Source: Guillardia theta CCMP2712
Taxonomy: Eukaryota; Protista; Cryptophyta
DNA length: 64,000 bases
Assembly (NCBI RefSeq): GCF_000315625.1
Contig: NW_005434642.1
Span: 523,200-587,199, forward strand
Direction: 5' to 3'
In this document: piece by piece, positions 11,650 to 24,080 of the stretch
Position numbering within the stretch: position 1 is the stretch's first letter
How the letters are laid out: each line of letters begins with the position of its first letter
Position numbers and translations under genes: made by a program
The notes under the pieces: model-generated
Told to the model about the DNA's origin: nothing
The model's database searches: none
The model's input: only the letters and a program-made list of their open reading frames with translations

Positions 11650-12760
11650 TTCGGAGCAAGGGAGGGAGGGAGGAGGAGTGTCCTTATAGATCGCAAGTAC
11701 GTTCTTGCAGTGCCCATTGATGTCCTTCGGCCACTCGATGCGACGGGATTGCCAACCGAAAGAAAGCGCCAAATCTGCATGAAGGGTGAGGGGAGCGTTT
11801 AGCTCTCGTAGGAGAGGAGGAGAGGAAAAGGGAGGTGAAGGAGGAGGGAGGAGGGAGGAGGGAGGTGAAGGAGGAGGGAGGGGGGTGGGGGATGGGGGGG
11901 TTGAACCTTGCAGGGCCTCGAAGAACTTGTGGGTGCAGTCCAGGACGAGGATGAGGCAGGAGGGTTTCACTCGCTCGAACATGTCCTTGAACATGGCGAA
12001 CTCATTCTCCTGCTCTTCCTGTCACTGCCCGGCCACATTAGAACCAAGACAACCCGAACGGCCTTGAGGTTCTCGGCGATGACGAAGGAGAGGAGCACGA
12101 TATCCAACGCGGGCATCTCCTGCGCGAGGGTGAAGTTGGCGCCGTCCGAGAGAGGCCGCACGATGTCGCAGGAGGAGAAGACGACAGCGTCTCCTCGGCA
12201 CTCGACATCGCATGCACGCAAGCACTCCTGCGAGTGAGACATGAGGAGACAGCAGGCAGGTAGAGCAGGGGGACAACCAGCAGCACGTCGTTGGCTTGCC
12301 TCCAACCTTGTTCGATGTCCAAGACATGAACCCGCAACCCTCTCGGCTGCGACGTGAAGTTTCTGTGCAACACCATGCCGACCACGTCACAGCCCGGACC
12401 CCCGCCGAGGGAGGCGACGAGCAGCTCGTGTTCGCTGCTCCTCTCCTGCTGCAGCCTGACAACGTCAGGATGGGACAATATGATGCCCAACTGAGCAGAG
12501 CGATGGGGGAAGTGTCGGCGGATGTACCCGCTCCTCGCCTCCTCGTCAGAGAAATCCGGCGAGCATTCCCATTGAACCACAGTCGAAAGCTTTCTCATAA
12601 GCTTCCTGCTCTTAACCCGGTCCTCTGGCGCAAGCTTGTCCAACAAGACCGGCATGAGGGCCTTCAAAACCGTTTCATGGTACTTGAGGTACTTGAGCGC
12701 ACATTTCCTTGCTGCGTGCAGCTCCTTCTGTGGATCGTGAGAAGCCGTGTCGTTGCTCAT
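11650..12760 (-). CDS. Putative class I SAM-dependent methyltransferase, multi-exon
   Basis: Motif I-like LVASLGGGPGCD, acidic motif VHVLDIE, and DIVLLSFVIAE. Confidence 0.6.
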
Positions 12761-12904
12761 GGAGATGATTGAGCAGCTGATATCAACTCATCGATCGAGC
12801 GCGGAGGTAACAGCAGCAATGATCTAGGAAGATCCCCATTCGAATACAACGCACTTCACATCACCTACTCAACACGTCAACACGTTCTTCTATCTCTCCC
12901 CCTC

Positions 12905-13020
12905 TTTCTCTCTCCTCCTCCTCTCCTCCTCTCCTCCTCTCCTCCTCTCCTCCTCTCCTCCTCTCCTCCTCTCCTCCTCTCCTCCTCTCCTCCTCTCCTT
13001 CTCCCTCCTCTCTTCTCTCC
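12905..13020. repeat. (CTCCT/CCTCT)-type pyrimidine microsatellite
   Basis: Directly visible tandem ctcctcct units. Confidence 0.85.
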
Positions 13021-14616
13021 TCCACTCGCCCATGGCTCACTTTGTTGCTCATCCCCCTCATTCTCGTATTCATCGCCCTCATTCCCTGTGGCATGCTCGT
13101 TCCCTATCAAGTTCGCTAGGACCTCTTTTAGGACTTTGGGGTCTATTCTTGTAGCCCACCTATTCCTAAGACCTAAGTCTAGAGATGAAGAGTAGGGCAC
13201 TACGGAAGCTACGTCTCTTCTATGACCAGAAGTGCACACTCTAGGACCTGGTTAGTATGACCTAGGGCCTCTCGAAGACATAGGCTCACTAGCACAAATT
13301 CCGATAGGAATCCTATGACCCCGGGAGTTGTGCGACGAGAATGCTGTGGCACTTGGATCAGTTGGGCAGGGGAGAAGGAGGGTCATGGTATGATATTTTA
13401 TAAGTAAGAGACTAAGTAAAAATGAAGAAGTCTTGTACTGATACTGATATCAGCGATTCGAAGGAGGCTACCCAAGTATTATGAAGAGATCAGCGCCGTA
13501 TGAGGATCAAAGTTCAAGGGTAGAGGGATATGAATATTTATTAGGATGATACTTATGAAATTGACGAGGTAGGGGGGTCAGGGTCAGTCACTTGAGCCTG
13601 CCGTTCGTCGAATCTCAACAGCTGGATGTTGGAAGAGCTACCCAAGAAGTGGGTGGGGTACTTCATGGCAGGTGGTGGTGGAGGGGAAAAAGGGGGTAGA
13701 GGATAGAAAAGTAGGGGTACATATAAAAATAATGAAAAAATGATCGGAAATAAGGGGTATTGAATTATGATAATAAGGGGTGTAAGTATTTTATAAGGGG
13801 TTCGAAAGTCAAACTAGGGGTGGGGTCCGATATCTCGTGTGGGTTGTTTGTGGGTGAGATACTGGGGGGTGGGGTGGGAAATTTCATTTCAATGGCAAGG
13901 GGAACATTCGGGGAAATGAAAGAGGAAAGGTGAAGAAAGAGGGGAGAATGGAGGTAGACGAGAAGATCGAGGGACAAGAATGGGGAGAGAACAAACAAGA
14001 TACATCGAACAAGAGGATGGAAGGCGGAGAATGTGCCAAGTGTTGTTCAAACTGAGCAAGGAAAGTTTGGCATAAATTGGACATCCGCAATATTCTTATT
14101 TTAGAAGCAGGGTCAAGCATGAGACTAGTAGTAGGATTGAAGGGCAATGACGCATTGACCGCTAGACAAGTGCCGGCACGGATGATGATCATTGCAAGTC
14201 AATATGTGAAGGGATGTAGTTAGACTCAATGCCACGGTGTCGGGATGGGATTCAAAGTTGCTATCCGAAGATGTAGGAAAGTTGGACGAGGTTATCAACG
14301 CGTGTGAGATGAAAACACATATAAAAGAAAACCACAACCATGGTTCTATTCCTGCAAAGCCAATGAATGTTCGAATTAAAACAGCATAGAAGTTAGAGTC
14401 AGGTAGAGAATTGGAAACCAAGGCGCAGGGAGATGTCAATATCACGATTTGATGGGGAAGGAGAAGAGTTAAAAACATATTGCAAGATTGAGAAATAATG
14501 CGAACGTCAGGGTGGTTGTGATACAAATGTTTGATTGGAACAGGAGGAGGGGCTGCCGAATGGTGGTACACATGACGGCGGCACCGAGGGGATGCGGTAG
14601 AGATCTCTACATCTTC

Positions 14617-15483
14617 ATGAGACCCGAGGTGACGCAGGGAAAGGTAGAGGACAAGAACAAGTTGTGATGTGCTCTGACGTCTCCTCAGACGCTCATGTCC
14701 AGGAGCGACGGATCGGGGCGGAGCAGAGCGATAATGAACCGAGACATGCTGATGTAAGCGTTGCCGGCCGCCGCGCCTCCACTAACCTGCTGCAGTGTGG
14801 AATCGGAGAAGAGGAGGAGGCAGAAGACGCTCAGTGACAGACTCTCCACTCCGAGCCCCAGACAGTGAGTCCAAGGACGAGAGGGCTTCCATTCATTCCA
14901 TATGCTCATCGCTGGCTGGCTGCAGGCTCCGAGTAGCGTATGAGCGCAACGTGCAGTCGGCAAGGTCCTCTCTGTACCACCTGCGGGTGACGCCCCGCCG
15001 TTCCTCCTCCCTCCTCCTCACGCTGCTGCAGATGGGAACGCCCTTCTCTCCGGGACAGACGCTGCAGGAGCGCGACCGGCACATCAGGCAGCGACATGCC
15101 GAGTGGATGGTCCAGTCAAGGAACCGAAGCCCATCCGCCTCCGTCAAGTCGAGGAGCCACGTCCTCTCCCCTATGACCGTTTAGCCTCCAGTGAGCGAAA
15201 AGCGATTCAGGTCCAGTTGCTCCTGCAACGAGTGCTTGTCGCTTGTAAGTTTGAATCATTATTGTTTGTACCTCCCAAGAGCAGCAAAAGATCCTACGAT
15301 CCGATTGATGACTTCCTTCCACAGCAAAATGATTCTTTCTTGCGAAACGACTTGCAAAGGAATCAATGCACTTTAGTACACTCCACACCGAGCAGAAAGG
15401 CTCTTGGCTCCTACCCTGGGCTGTTCGCATTGGCACAAGCTCTTCGTGCTGAAGCAAGACTTGCAAACACTGGTTGCATTTGA
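14617..15483 (+). CDS. Hypothetical protein, multi-exon
   Basis: Short GT-AG introns separate open stretches (YERNVQSARSSLYHLR; QERDRHIRQRHAEWM). No domain recognised; exon structure uncertain. Confidence 0.4.
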
Positions 15484-16985
15484 CGGTAGATTTGATTGTA
15501 GCAGGCGTACATCTCTTGGTACACCTTTTTCCTGCCATGATCGCAAGTGAACGTGTCAGCAACCTCAGTGCATTCTTCTTCCATCGTCTTGCCCATGGCG
15601 CTCCTCGCCAGCATCGCAGCCCCTCGCGTGCCAACCTGCTGGGGATCTGCCACGACCTCAACGTCTCGTCCCAGCACGTCCGCCATGATCTGCATCAGCA
15701 GCCGGCTTCTCGTCCCTCCGCCCACGGCCCGCACGCTCCTCTCGTCGTCGAGCTCGAGGGTGTCGCTGAGGCTCTTGTAGGAGTAGCACACCCCCTCCAT
15801 GACGGCGCGGCAGAGGTGAGCTGTGGTCGTGCTGGGCGAGATCCCGATGAAGCAAGCTCTTGCGTTCTCGTCTGTGAATGGAGATCGCTCCCCCGCTAGC
15901 CAAGGACAGAAGATCAAGCCGTTTGCTCCTGGGCCCACACTCGCACCGGCCTGTTCCATCAGGAGATACGCTTCGTCCTTGCTGTGCCCAGCGAAGAAAT
16001 TCCTCCTGAGCCACTCCAAGTTAGCGCCTGCTTGCATGCAACTTGCCGCCGAGATCATCAGCTTCGGCTCACACGGATGGGCCAGGTGGAACAACCCGGC
16101 GCCTCCTCCGCGCCTGGTGCGCTCTTTGCTGCATGCGATCCACCCGCTCGTTCCCATGTACATGTAGCTCCTTCCCAGCACGCCGGCACCAGCTCCGATC
16201 GTCGTCGATCCAGCATCTCCACTGCCGTGAACGACGGGGATGCCGGCGACCAAGCCGAGCTCCTCAGCAGCAGCAGGCGAGAGGCTGCCTGTCCTCTCAT
16301 TGCCATGAACCAACTTCGGCAAGCATGGAACAGCTGAGGCGAGGAATCTTGAGATCAAGTCCACGTGGAATTCTTGATGATCGTCAGTCAGCAGGCCGGT
16401 AGTCGATGCCGTCACGAAGTCAGACACGCCTTCGCCGCAGAGCTTGAGAGTGACAAAGTCATGCGCTCCCAACAGAATGGTAGCCGTTTGATCGACGACC
16501 TCCCTCTCATGCTTTGAAACCCACAGGAGCTTCGGAAGTAACGAACAAGCGCCCTTCCAGTTTCCTGTCTCGCGTACCAACGCCTCTCTCCCATATTCCT
16601 CCTCGACAAACCTTGCTTCTTCTGAAGCGCGGGTGTCGTTGTACAGGATAGCGTTCCTCAGAGCATGGCCGTGCTTGTCCAGCAGGATCAAGTTCTGCAT
16701 CTGCCCTGTCAACGCCACGCATGTAACTGACTTGCCGTGCTGTGAGAATTCAGGTCGTCGAGCACAGTCCTTCAACGCCTGCCACCAGTCCATCGCCTGC
16801 TGCTCCTCCCATCCACCGGGACAAGACATGGAGCCATGCTCATACCCGCTCTCAGCTTGAAACACTATTCCTCCTCCCAGCGCCTCCTGTCTCGTCTCCC
16901 TTCCGTGCTCACTTTCCATGTTGCTGTCATCCTGCAGAACTTGAAGCTTCAGTGATGAAGTCCCAACGTCTATGCAGAGAAGCAT
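15411..16985 (-). CDS. xylB: Xylulokinase (FGGY carbohydrate kinase), intronless
   Basis: CIDVGTSSLK, ALTGQMQNLILLD, AILYNDTRA, SDFVTASTTGL, GSGDAG, MGTSGW, PWLAGERSP, RAVMEGV and GGGTRSRLLMQIMADVLG are all XylB/FGGY motifs. First ATG at 16985. Confidence 0.92.
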   Translation of the reverse strand: MLLCIDVGTSSLKLQVLQDDSNMESEHGRETRQEALGGGIVFQAESGYEHGSMSCPGGWEEQQAMDWWQALKDCARRPEFSQHGKSVTCVALTGQMQNLILLDKHGHALRNAILYNDTRASEEARFVEEEYGREALVRETGNWKGACSLLPKLLWVSKHEREVVDQTATILLGAHDFVTLKLCGEGVSDFVTASTTGLLTDDHQEFHVDLISRFLASAVPCLPKLVHGNERTGSLSPAAAEELGLVAGIPVVHGSGDAGSTTIGAGAGVLGRSYMYMGTSGWIACSKERTRRGGGAGLFHLAHPCEPKLMISAASCMQAGANLEWLRRNFFAGHSKDEAYLLMEQAGASVGPGANGLIFCPWLAGERSPFTDENARACFIGISPSTTTAHLCRAVMEGVCYSYKSLSDTLELDDERSVRAVGGGTRSRLLMQIMADVLGRDVEVVADPQQVGTRGAAMLARSAMGKTMEEECTEVADTFTCDHGRKKVYQEMYACYNQIYRQMQPVFASLASARRACANANSPG

Positions 16986-17794
16986 GCGAGAGCGCACGAG
17001 ATAGATGGAGCACCTGTAAGTTCATTCCATGTCATTGTCATCTTCTTGCAAAGACCCCTCCCCCCCCCCCTCCTCATCGTCTCTCCTCGTTCTCTTCTTG
17101 TCTCCCCCCTCCTTGTCTCTCCTTGTCTATCTTCGTCGCTCCTCCTCTCTCCTCGTTCTCTCCTCGTTCTCTCCTCGTTCTCTCCTCGTGCTCTCCTCGT
17201 TCTCTCCTCGTTCTCTCCTCCTCTCTCCCGTCTCTCCCATCATCCTTGTACTGATTATTCTTTGTTTGCTCCGGTTTGCCCTTCTTTTTCAGTCAATAAA
17301 GAGGATTATTACCTCCCCCCCTCCCCCGACGACACTATTCATGAGAGAGGGCAGAAATGTACATATAGCCCTTTAATTAGTAGAAGTCACTTTGTAACGG
17401 AAGGGCAGAAAGCCGACCTCCGAAGAGGCAATCCAAAAACGAGCAGCAAATGCATACAGGAAGGGAGGGTCGAGGGGAGGAGGGACGAGGAAGGGAGGGA
17501 GGGCAGAGGGGAGAAGAAGAAGGGATCAGAGACTTCGTAAAGATTGGACAAGAGAGGTGGGGAGGGAGGGAAAGGGGAGGAGCCAGGAGAGATGGTCTTA
17601 CGTATATTGTGAGGCAAGTTTTCCATGTACTTGTAGGCGGAAGTCACATGATACCGAAGAGAGGTTTTGAGAACTGACGATCTGAAACATCATTGCAAGT
17701 TTTCTCAGAGGGCTTGCTCTTTCACTCCCGCATGCTCATGGTTGAACGTCTTATGCAGGTGGCTTAAAACCAAGACAGGAGGGCCGTACAAAAA

Positions 17795-20290
17795 ATGGCG
17801 AAGGGGTCACAGGTGACACATTCAGCTCTGCTGGCGGGTCTGCACTCATGTCGCGTGTTCGTTGGCCAGGCTCAGCAGCTTCGCAAGTATGCGCCTGCTG
17901 TGATTGCTTGCGCTCTTGTCGTCCTCCTTGTCGTTGAAAGGTAACAAGGTGCGAATGAGCGCGACAAGGTTAACTGGTTCAACAGGAGCAGCAGCTACCG
18001 GTCCAGTCTGGTCTCGCTCGCTGATCCTTCAGACTCGCAGTTTGAGGTCCAGCAGTCTTTCAGCGCAGGAGGAGAGTGACTTTTGTCTCAGGACCCCCAG
18101 CTGAATCAGATCTACAATCAAGCCCTCCGCGAGTCCCTTCGTGACTCTAAGGTGAACGCACAGGCTCAACAACGCCCAGCTCTTGACCAGCTTGGTAGGA
18201 GATCAGCAGAGGCTTCGAGTGGAAGCACTTGAAGAATTCCGCCAGCCAACCAGCAGAAGCTCCGAAACAGCAACAACTGCAGGTAAACCGTTCCCCGGCC
18301 CCCGGTACCAAGTCAGAGGATGTGAAGGCCCCAGCTGTGAAGAAGAGCGAGGAGACCAAGGAGGATGAGAGATTGTCCTCTGGTCAGGCCAGGAGCGACC
18401 TCAGCGCTTTCTTCACGCATATGGAGAAAAGTCATAGTGACTCAGCACCTCATGAGCACGTGGAGTTGAAGAAAGCTCCTGCGGTGAAAGGCCTGTCTGA
18501 GTCCACCAAGGTGCGTCCCAAGCGAAGAAAGAGGGGAAGATAGCACGCAGCTCCTTCTTTTTTCAAACACATCGGAAGCATCCTAGTGACGAGCTTTGAC
18601 AGAGGGAGCTACAAGCACTGATGGGGGAGAAGCAGAAGGCCAAGCTCATGAATCAGGTTTGTCTTGATGTGTTGCCGTCGTCAAGGTGATGTTATTTCAG
18701 GTCAAGCAGCAGAAACATGACATTCGGATCCTTGAGCACATGGTAGGCTGGAGGGGATGAGGGCCGGGTGCGTGTGATAGTCTCACTGTCGAGCAGCTTG
18801 TCGACTCCCTTGCTGCAAAGTCGAACCCCGTAGAGCCGAAAGCTACTGAGACGAAGAGATCGCGCCATGCCGATGACCAGCAGGACCAGGAGAAGAGTGC
18901 GGAGAAAGCTTTTGCAAACATCTTGGCGGCGGCAGCGGCTAACGAACGGCCGAAAGCTACTGAGATGAGATCCCGTCCAGTAAAGGACAAGCAAGACAAG
19001 GAGAGGAGTGCGGAAAAAGCTTTTGCAAACATCTTGGCGGCGGCGGCAGCCAGCGAATTGTCACATGCTGCTAGGGAGGTGAGGGAAAACAAATGGGTCG
19101 CATGCGTACTGAATGAGGTCCTTCGTAGAAGAAGAGCTCCAAGTCGAGGTCACCAAAGAGATGGGAGGTCGAAGGATACATGGATGCGGACGAAGGAGGA
19201 AGTCAGTTGGCATCGTTTGCACTTCCGGCTCCTCCTGTACCAGCTCCCGACCTCCGTATGCTTCTCACTCCATTCAGCAGGCTGCCAAGTGTCCTCCCTG
19301 TGGCTTTCTTCCTGACTGTCAGGTGAGGAGGAGGAGGAGGAGTGTCGTCTCGATTGATGACACAGTTCCTACCTCAGGTCAACCCTGCTGCAGTTGGAAG
19401 GTCACGAGCAACCGGGATGTTCAATGCATATCCCTGTAAGACTTCCTTGCTCGCAGCTTTGACCTGACGCGCGTGCAGCCATGCCCCAGTCCAACCCTGT
19501 GTGGGGCAGCGGCGGTGCTCACTTGAGCACGCTTGCCTTGTCATCGGGAGGAATCAATCAGGATGTGAAACCTCTTTGGAACAAGCTCGGCGATATCTTC
19601 CGGCCCGCAGCAAGAAAGCTCCTCAGCAAGGTGGCGCCTCCTGCTAACAATCATCCTTGACCTGGCGGGCAGGAGCCTGTAGAGGATGAGGAAGGAGGAT
19701 CAACGCGGGTAGAGGAGTTGGCGTCCTTCGCCCTTCCTGCTGCTCCTCAGTAAGCGACACGTCACTCTTATCCCCCACGCTCACTGGCTGCTGCAGGGCG
19801 TCGCCTCCTCCCAAGTGTGTCTGTCCTGCGTGCAAGCTGGGGGACGAGAGGGTGCGACGTTCTTGTGCCAGTGGCTGTTGTAACAAGACGGTGACAGATT
19901 GGGTTCGAGGATGAGAAGCACTCCAAGAGCGATGTTTCGCAGGAAGAGCTTGTCGGGCTGATCGGTTCTCTTCATCCTTCCCCTCGTCGGCTCTGATGCT
20001 GCCTGCAGATGACGAGCTCATGAAGCTCGACCCCCAGTACGCCGCGAAGAGGATGGAGTTCAACGGAGCCAAGGTCTGCTGAAGCTCCCTACAACCTCCC
20101 CGTGCTCAACCTGGCTCCAGGACTCCCTTCTTACCAGCACGCAAGGATGGTGGCCGGCCGGCCGAGCTAATCCCTTCAGCGATTTCTCAGGAGCACAAGA
20201 ACCCTACGGGAATGAGGTGAAGGAGCCGGAGGTGCGCTAGAGCAGCTGACTAGCGTCCAGGTGGTGAAGAAACGCGCCACTGTCTGGTGA
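17795..20290 (+). CDS. Hypothetical protein with N-terminal TM segment, many exons
   Basis: ATG GCG AAG GGG TCA CAG|gt, then YAPAVIACALVVLLVVER (TM). Repeated GT-AG introns. Ends KKRATVW TGA at ~20290. Confidence 0.5.
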
Positions 20291-20968
20291 TTCCACGAGA
20301 CTCTTGAGACTTTCAACGGGAAGATGTACGCCAGAGATGATGTTTGCATGTTTGCAGAGTTGTATCATCTCCGATCAGATGGTTCTCAGTGCCAGTGTCT
20401 CGATCAGTCTAGGAGATTTCGCTTGCAGCGTAGGCGGTACGTCCCGGTAGAACAAACTTCGAAATTTCGGAAACTTTAGACGCTCAACTCATTGCTCTCT
20501 AAGGCTCTGATGATGATCACCGATTGTGTCATGCGGTCTCAAGAGTTGTAGTCAGTCCCTCAGCAATTGTCCCGACAGACGGCCCGGCCCCGGCGGCCAG
20601 TCCGATCCCGGCGAGTCCGCCGAGCCGCCGCGTGATTCACTGCCGATGATCACGGCGGTGCCGCTGAGTGAGTTTTAGTCATTTGCTAGTGCATGAGGGG
20701 GATGATGAGATACAAATCGGGAGGGAAACCCGGAAGGAGGGGAAGAGGACGGAGCAAGCATGGGAGAGGAGAAGAGAGGAGGAGGAGGATGGGCAGACAT
20801 GGGGAAGGAGGAGGAGCCTTGACCTGGGATAACATGCTACAGCGAGGAGGAGGACACCTTCAAGGTGGTTCATGAGCATGCTCCTCTTATCTCATGCTGA
20901 GACAAGAGGTCTGGTGATGGTGCGGAGACTCGCAGCCATTCTAGTGTGAAGCGCGGGACGTGTTGCCG

Positions 20969-21985
20969 ATGCCCATAATCGAGATCCTCCTCTTCGGTGT
21001 TGGGGTGGCAGTGGGAGGAAGGAGGGCTCTACAAAAGTTTCGCGGAGAAGATGGCGAGGAAACCACCGCCATGTCGGCGCCGGTGTCGCCATGTGCTTCT
21101 CCTCGGCAGCAGCATGACAGGCAGAGGGATAGAAGTGACTTCCAGAACCTGATTGACGATGCTCGCGATACCTTAGCGCTCCTCTCTCCCCGGCTCGTGG
21201 ACAACTCTTCCTATCCTCCTCGACACGATTGGGATGCCTCAGATGCGGGAAGCGCCGGGGGAGCAGGTCAGCTAGAGGGAGAGGATAGCATAGATAGGAA
21301 CTGGAGCTCGTGGATCTCGAGGATCGTCGGGAACAACGATTCTTCTCACTCTGTCGATGCGTTCGGTCAAGCAAACAACTGGTCGATCCGGGACGGAATT
21401 ATCAACCTGGCCGGGGATAACAAGGTTCATGCTCACAAGCAGGAGGCCCTTGAGGACCGCAAGAGTTGGGACCCATGTAGAACCCCCAGGTCGAGTGCGC
21501 TAAGGAAAGGATGGGACTCTCCCTCTCCCTCTCCCCGAGCTCTCCCTCAGCTGCCTGGCCGTCACGTTCGTTTCCACCCCAAGCCAAAATTGGAGGAGGT
21601 GCACAAGATTGAGCATTCGCCAGAGGAGCTTTCCTCCCGCAGGAACCACTGGAATCGCATCCTCAAGGCAGCTGAACGAGATGCCTACGATGCCTACTTG
21701 TCGAGCGGGAAGCACAGAAGGAAAACAGAAGCAGACAGGCTGACTTCTCCCTCTGAGATCCACGTCCTTTATCAGGACTTGTTGCCTCAGCCTGTCTCAT
21801 CTTCGACGCGCGAACGACCAGACCTCGCAAGCTCTTGTCCAGCTGGCGGCGAGGAGAAGCAGAATGGAAAGGATACGTCGCCTGCAGACAAGTGGAAGAA
21901 AGCTGCAGGAAACCGCGCCACGGTTCCGGTGAGTTCGACTTACGATTACTTTTGCCTCACTTGCCGTGCAGATTCCAAAACTTAA
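20969..21985 (+). CDS. Hypothetical protein, single exon, N-terminal hydrophobic anchor
   Basis: ~340-codon ORF beginning MPIIEILLFGVGVAVGG. Contains HVRF, a possible RVxF PP1-docking motif (inference). Confidence 0.6.
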   Translation: MPIIEILLFGVGVAVGGRRALQKFRGEDGEETTAMSAPVSPCASPRQQHDRQRDRSDFQNLIDDARDTLALLSPRLVDNSSYPPRHDWDASDAGSAGGAGQLEGEDSIDRNWSSWISRIVGNNDSSHSVDAFGQANNWSIRDGIINLAGDNKVHAHKQEALEDRKSWDPCRTPRSSALRKGWDSPSPSPRALPQLPGRHVRFHPKPKLEEVHKIEHSPEELSSRRNHWNRILKAAERDAYDAYLSSGKHRRKTEADRLTSPSEIHVLYQDLLPQPVSSSTRERPDLASSCPAGGEEKQNGKDTSPADKWKKAAGNRATVPVSSTYDYFCLTCRADSKT

Positions 21986-22440
21986 TCTCGACAAAGTTCG
22001 TGTGCAGGAAGACGAGGAAGAATTGGGTCGTAGGAGACTAAGACGATGACGCCTCTATCAACGGCTGCCGTCCTGTCTGTTACTATTAATTATCAATTTT
22101 ATGGCATGCTTTCTGTACAGCCCCAGCTCCCCAGCCCCGCCCCGTCCCCCTTCCCCTCATCAGCACCTTTCGCCCTCAGCTTCGAGGCAGAGAGTCAGCC
22201 ATGAGAAGGATTCGACGGGTGGGCAAAGAGAGGGCATGGAGGCAACCGGTGCATGTGCGAGACTAAGGTGACAAGGCAGGGAGAGACGAGATGAGGAAGA
22301 GGAGTTGAAGGATGACGACGAAGCGAGAGGAGGAGCAGATGCTTCCCTATATTAACCTAATCTTTGTCGCAAGTACGTCACTTTACACTGCATCCCTCAG
22401 TTCCGGCAAAAGTCTGCCTGGATGAGAAAGCAGGAGGGGT

Positions 22441-23070
22441 TCAGATGATCAGCAGCCTCTTCACGCGTTTGCAGTAGTCGATGTACTCCTTTCCGAACTT
22501 CTTCATCATCCATTCTTCTTCGACAGGCATCACCCAGAGGAACAAGTAGCCGGCCGTCAAGGCTAGGCTGATTGCACTGTACGCAGAGTCAAGAATGAAG
22601 GCAACTGCAGTGCAGGATCCAAGCATGCCGATGTAGATAGGATGACGGAAGAAACCGAAGGGCCCATCCTTTACAACCAGCTGCGCTACTCCTGCACCAT
22701 GTGGGACTGGCGTGTGGTACTTGTTCAGGTGTCTGATGGCAGACAGCGCGAAGGACCATGACAAGCACCACATTGAAACTCCAGCGAGGTATGTCGACAT
22801 GGGGGTCATGGAAAAGAGCTCAGATACCTTGACTTGGGGGAGAGACGCTGGAAGGTATCTCAGACTTTCTCGCGCGACATAACCGAGAATCCAAGACCCC
22901 ATGGTCAAGAAGGGCGGCTTGATAGGAAGCTGAATGGTCTTTTCTCCGTCATCTTTCTTGAAGTTTGAGTCCTTGGGTCTTGCCAGGGACATGACCACAA
23001 ATCGAACGCCTCCGCAGAGGGCGAGAACATGCGCGAGGCCACCGAAGGGAGTGGAAGCTGGAGTCGTCAT
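22441..23070 (-). CDS. Isoprenylcysteine carboxyl / phospholipid methyltransferase (ICMT/Ste14/PEMT family), intronless
   Basis: LVVKDGPFGFFRHPIYIG and EEEWMMKKFGKEYIDYCKRVKR are the family signature; several TM segments. Confidence 0.88.
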   Translation of the reverse strand: MTTPASTPFGGLAHVLALCGGVRFVVMSLARPKDSNFKKDDGEKTIQLPIKPPFLTMGSWILGYVARESLRYLPASLPQVKVSELFSMTPMSTYLAGVSMWCLSWSFALSAIRHLNKYHTPVPHGAGVAQLVVKDGPFGFFRHPIYIGMLGSCTAVAFILDSAYSAISLALTAGYLFLWVMPVEEEWMMKKFGKEYIDYCKRVKRLLII

Positions 23071-23499
23071 GGAGTGGTTGGTTGCTGAAGTACTCAAGAA
23101 CCTGCTGCTGCTGCTGTTGCTTGCTCTTGCAAAATTTTTATAAGGAAAATTCGGCGGGGGGGGGCTTTTAGGTCAGGGGGTACAAATGGGGGGTAGGGGT
23201 ACTAGGACATAGGGGTCCGTTCATGCTCCGATGAGTTATTGATTACATTGCAAAGGGAGGGTGGGTGAAAAGTGTTAGAAAAGTACCGGTGGTAAGAACC
23301 CATTTTACGTAATCCAGTAGGGGTGCTCGCGTAGAGTGAGGGTGAACACGGGTGGTATAGAGGAGATATCCCAGGGCTCGTATAAAGGTGGGGTGGTCGT
23401 CCTTGGAGATATAAAGGGAGGCGAGGACAGCAGATATTTCAATTAGCTGAGACGCCTAGGTGACTGTGCTGTCCTCCCTTTCCCTTAGCCGCAATGAAG

Positions 23500-24080
23500 G
23501 ACGTGATCTCCGAGCGGCTCAGTGACTGTACGTGACTCGCACCCGGTCAGGGTTATAAGTAGAGGCTGTTGGCACGGTCCTCGTACTGATTTTTAACTTA
23601 ACTTTGAGTAAAGAACCATTGAACCGGCCCGGGAAGAAGAACTTGGCAAGTTGAGTCCGATCATTGAGTCAATGAGTCACCGTGACGGTGGCAGTGTACT
23701 TCCGGTCATTGAACTTCGGCCAACGGTTTGCCACTGTTGAACCGGGCTGGTCGGCCCGGATCGGACCCGGACGCCAGGCTGAGCTCGGACCGTCGGGCCG
23801 GGCGGCTCGCGCTCCCCGGCGGGCCCGGCCCGGACTCGGAGGACTCGGGAGTACCGGCCCGGCCCTGAGCAGACTGAGCCCGGCCACCCGGCGCGCCGGC
23901 CGGGCGCGGCCGGGCCCCGCGCCCGAACTTCCCGAACTTGGGCTGAACTCAGTGACTCGGTTGTTATCTGAGGGTCCTGACGGAACAAAGAATTTTAGAC
24001 GGCAGTGAGTCTCTTCTACCCCACCCACCCCCCTACTAGGCTAGCCAGCGCCCGGCAGCTCTCAGCGGCCGCCGGACTCC
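23500..24080. promoter_or_regulatory. GC/CCGG/TGAST-rich intergenic island (putative divergent promoter)
   Basis: Lies between the divergent ICMT (-) and ZIP (+) starts. Same composition recurs at 700-1200, 20570-20680, 27820-28215, 32940-33480 and 56525-56596. Confidence 0.5.

Noticed and set aside
23669-24028. Arg/Pro/Gly-rich ORFs in GC islands (also 33184-33491 and 715-963)
   Set aside because: They are stop-poor because of extreme GC content, open on both strands, and show no codon bias or domains.
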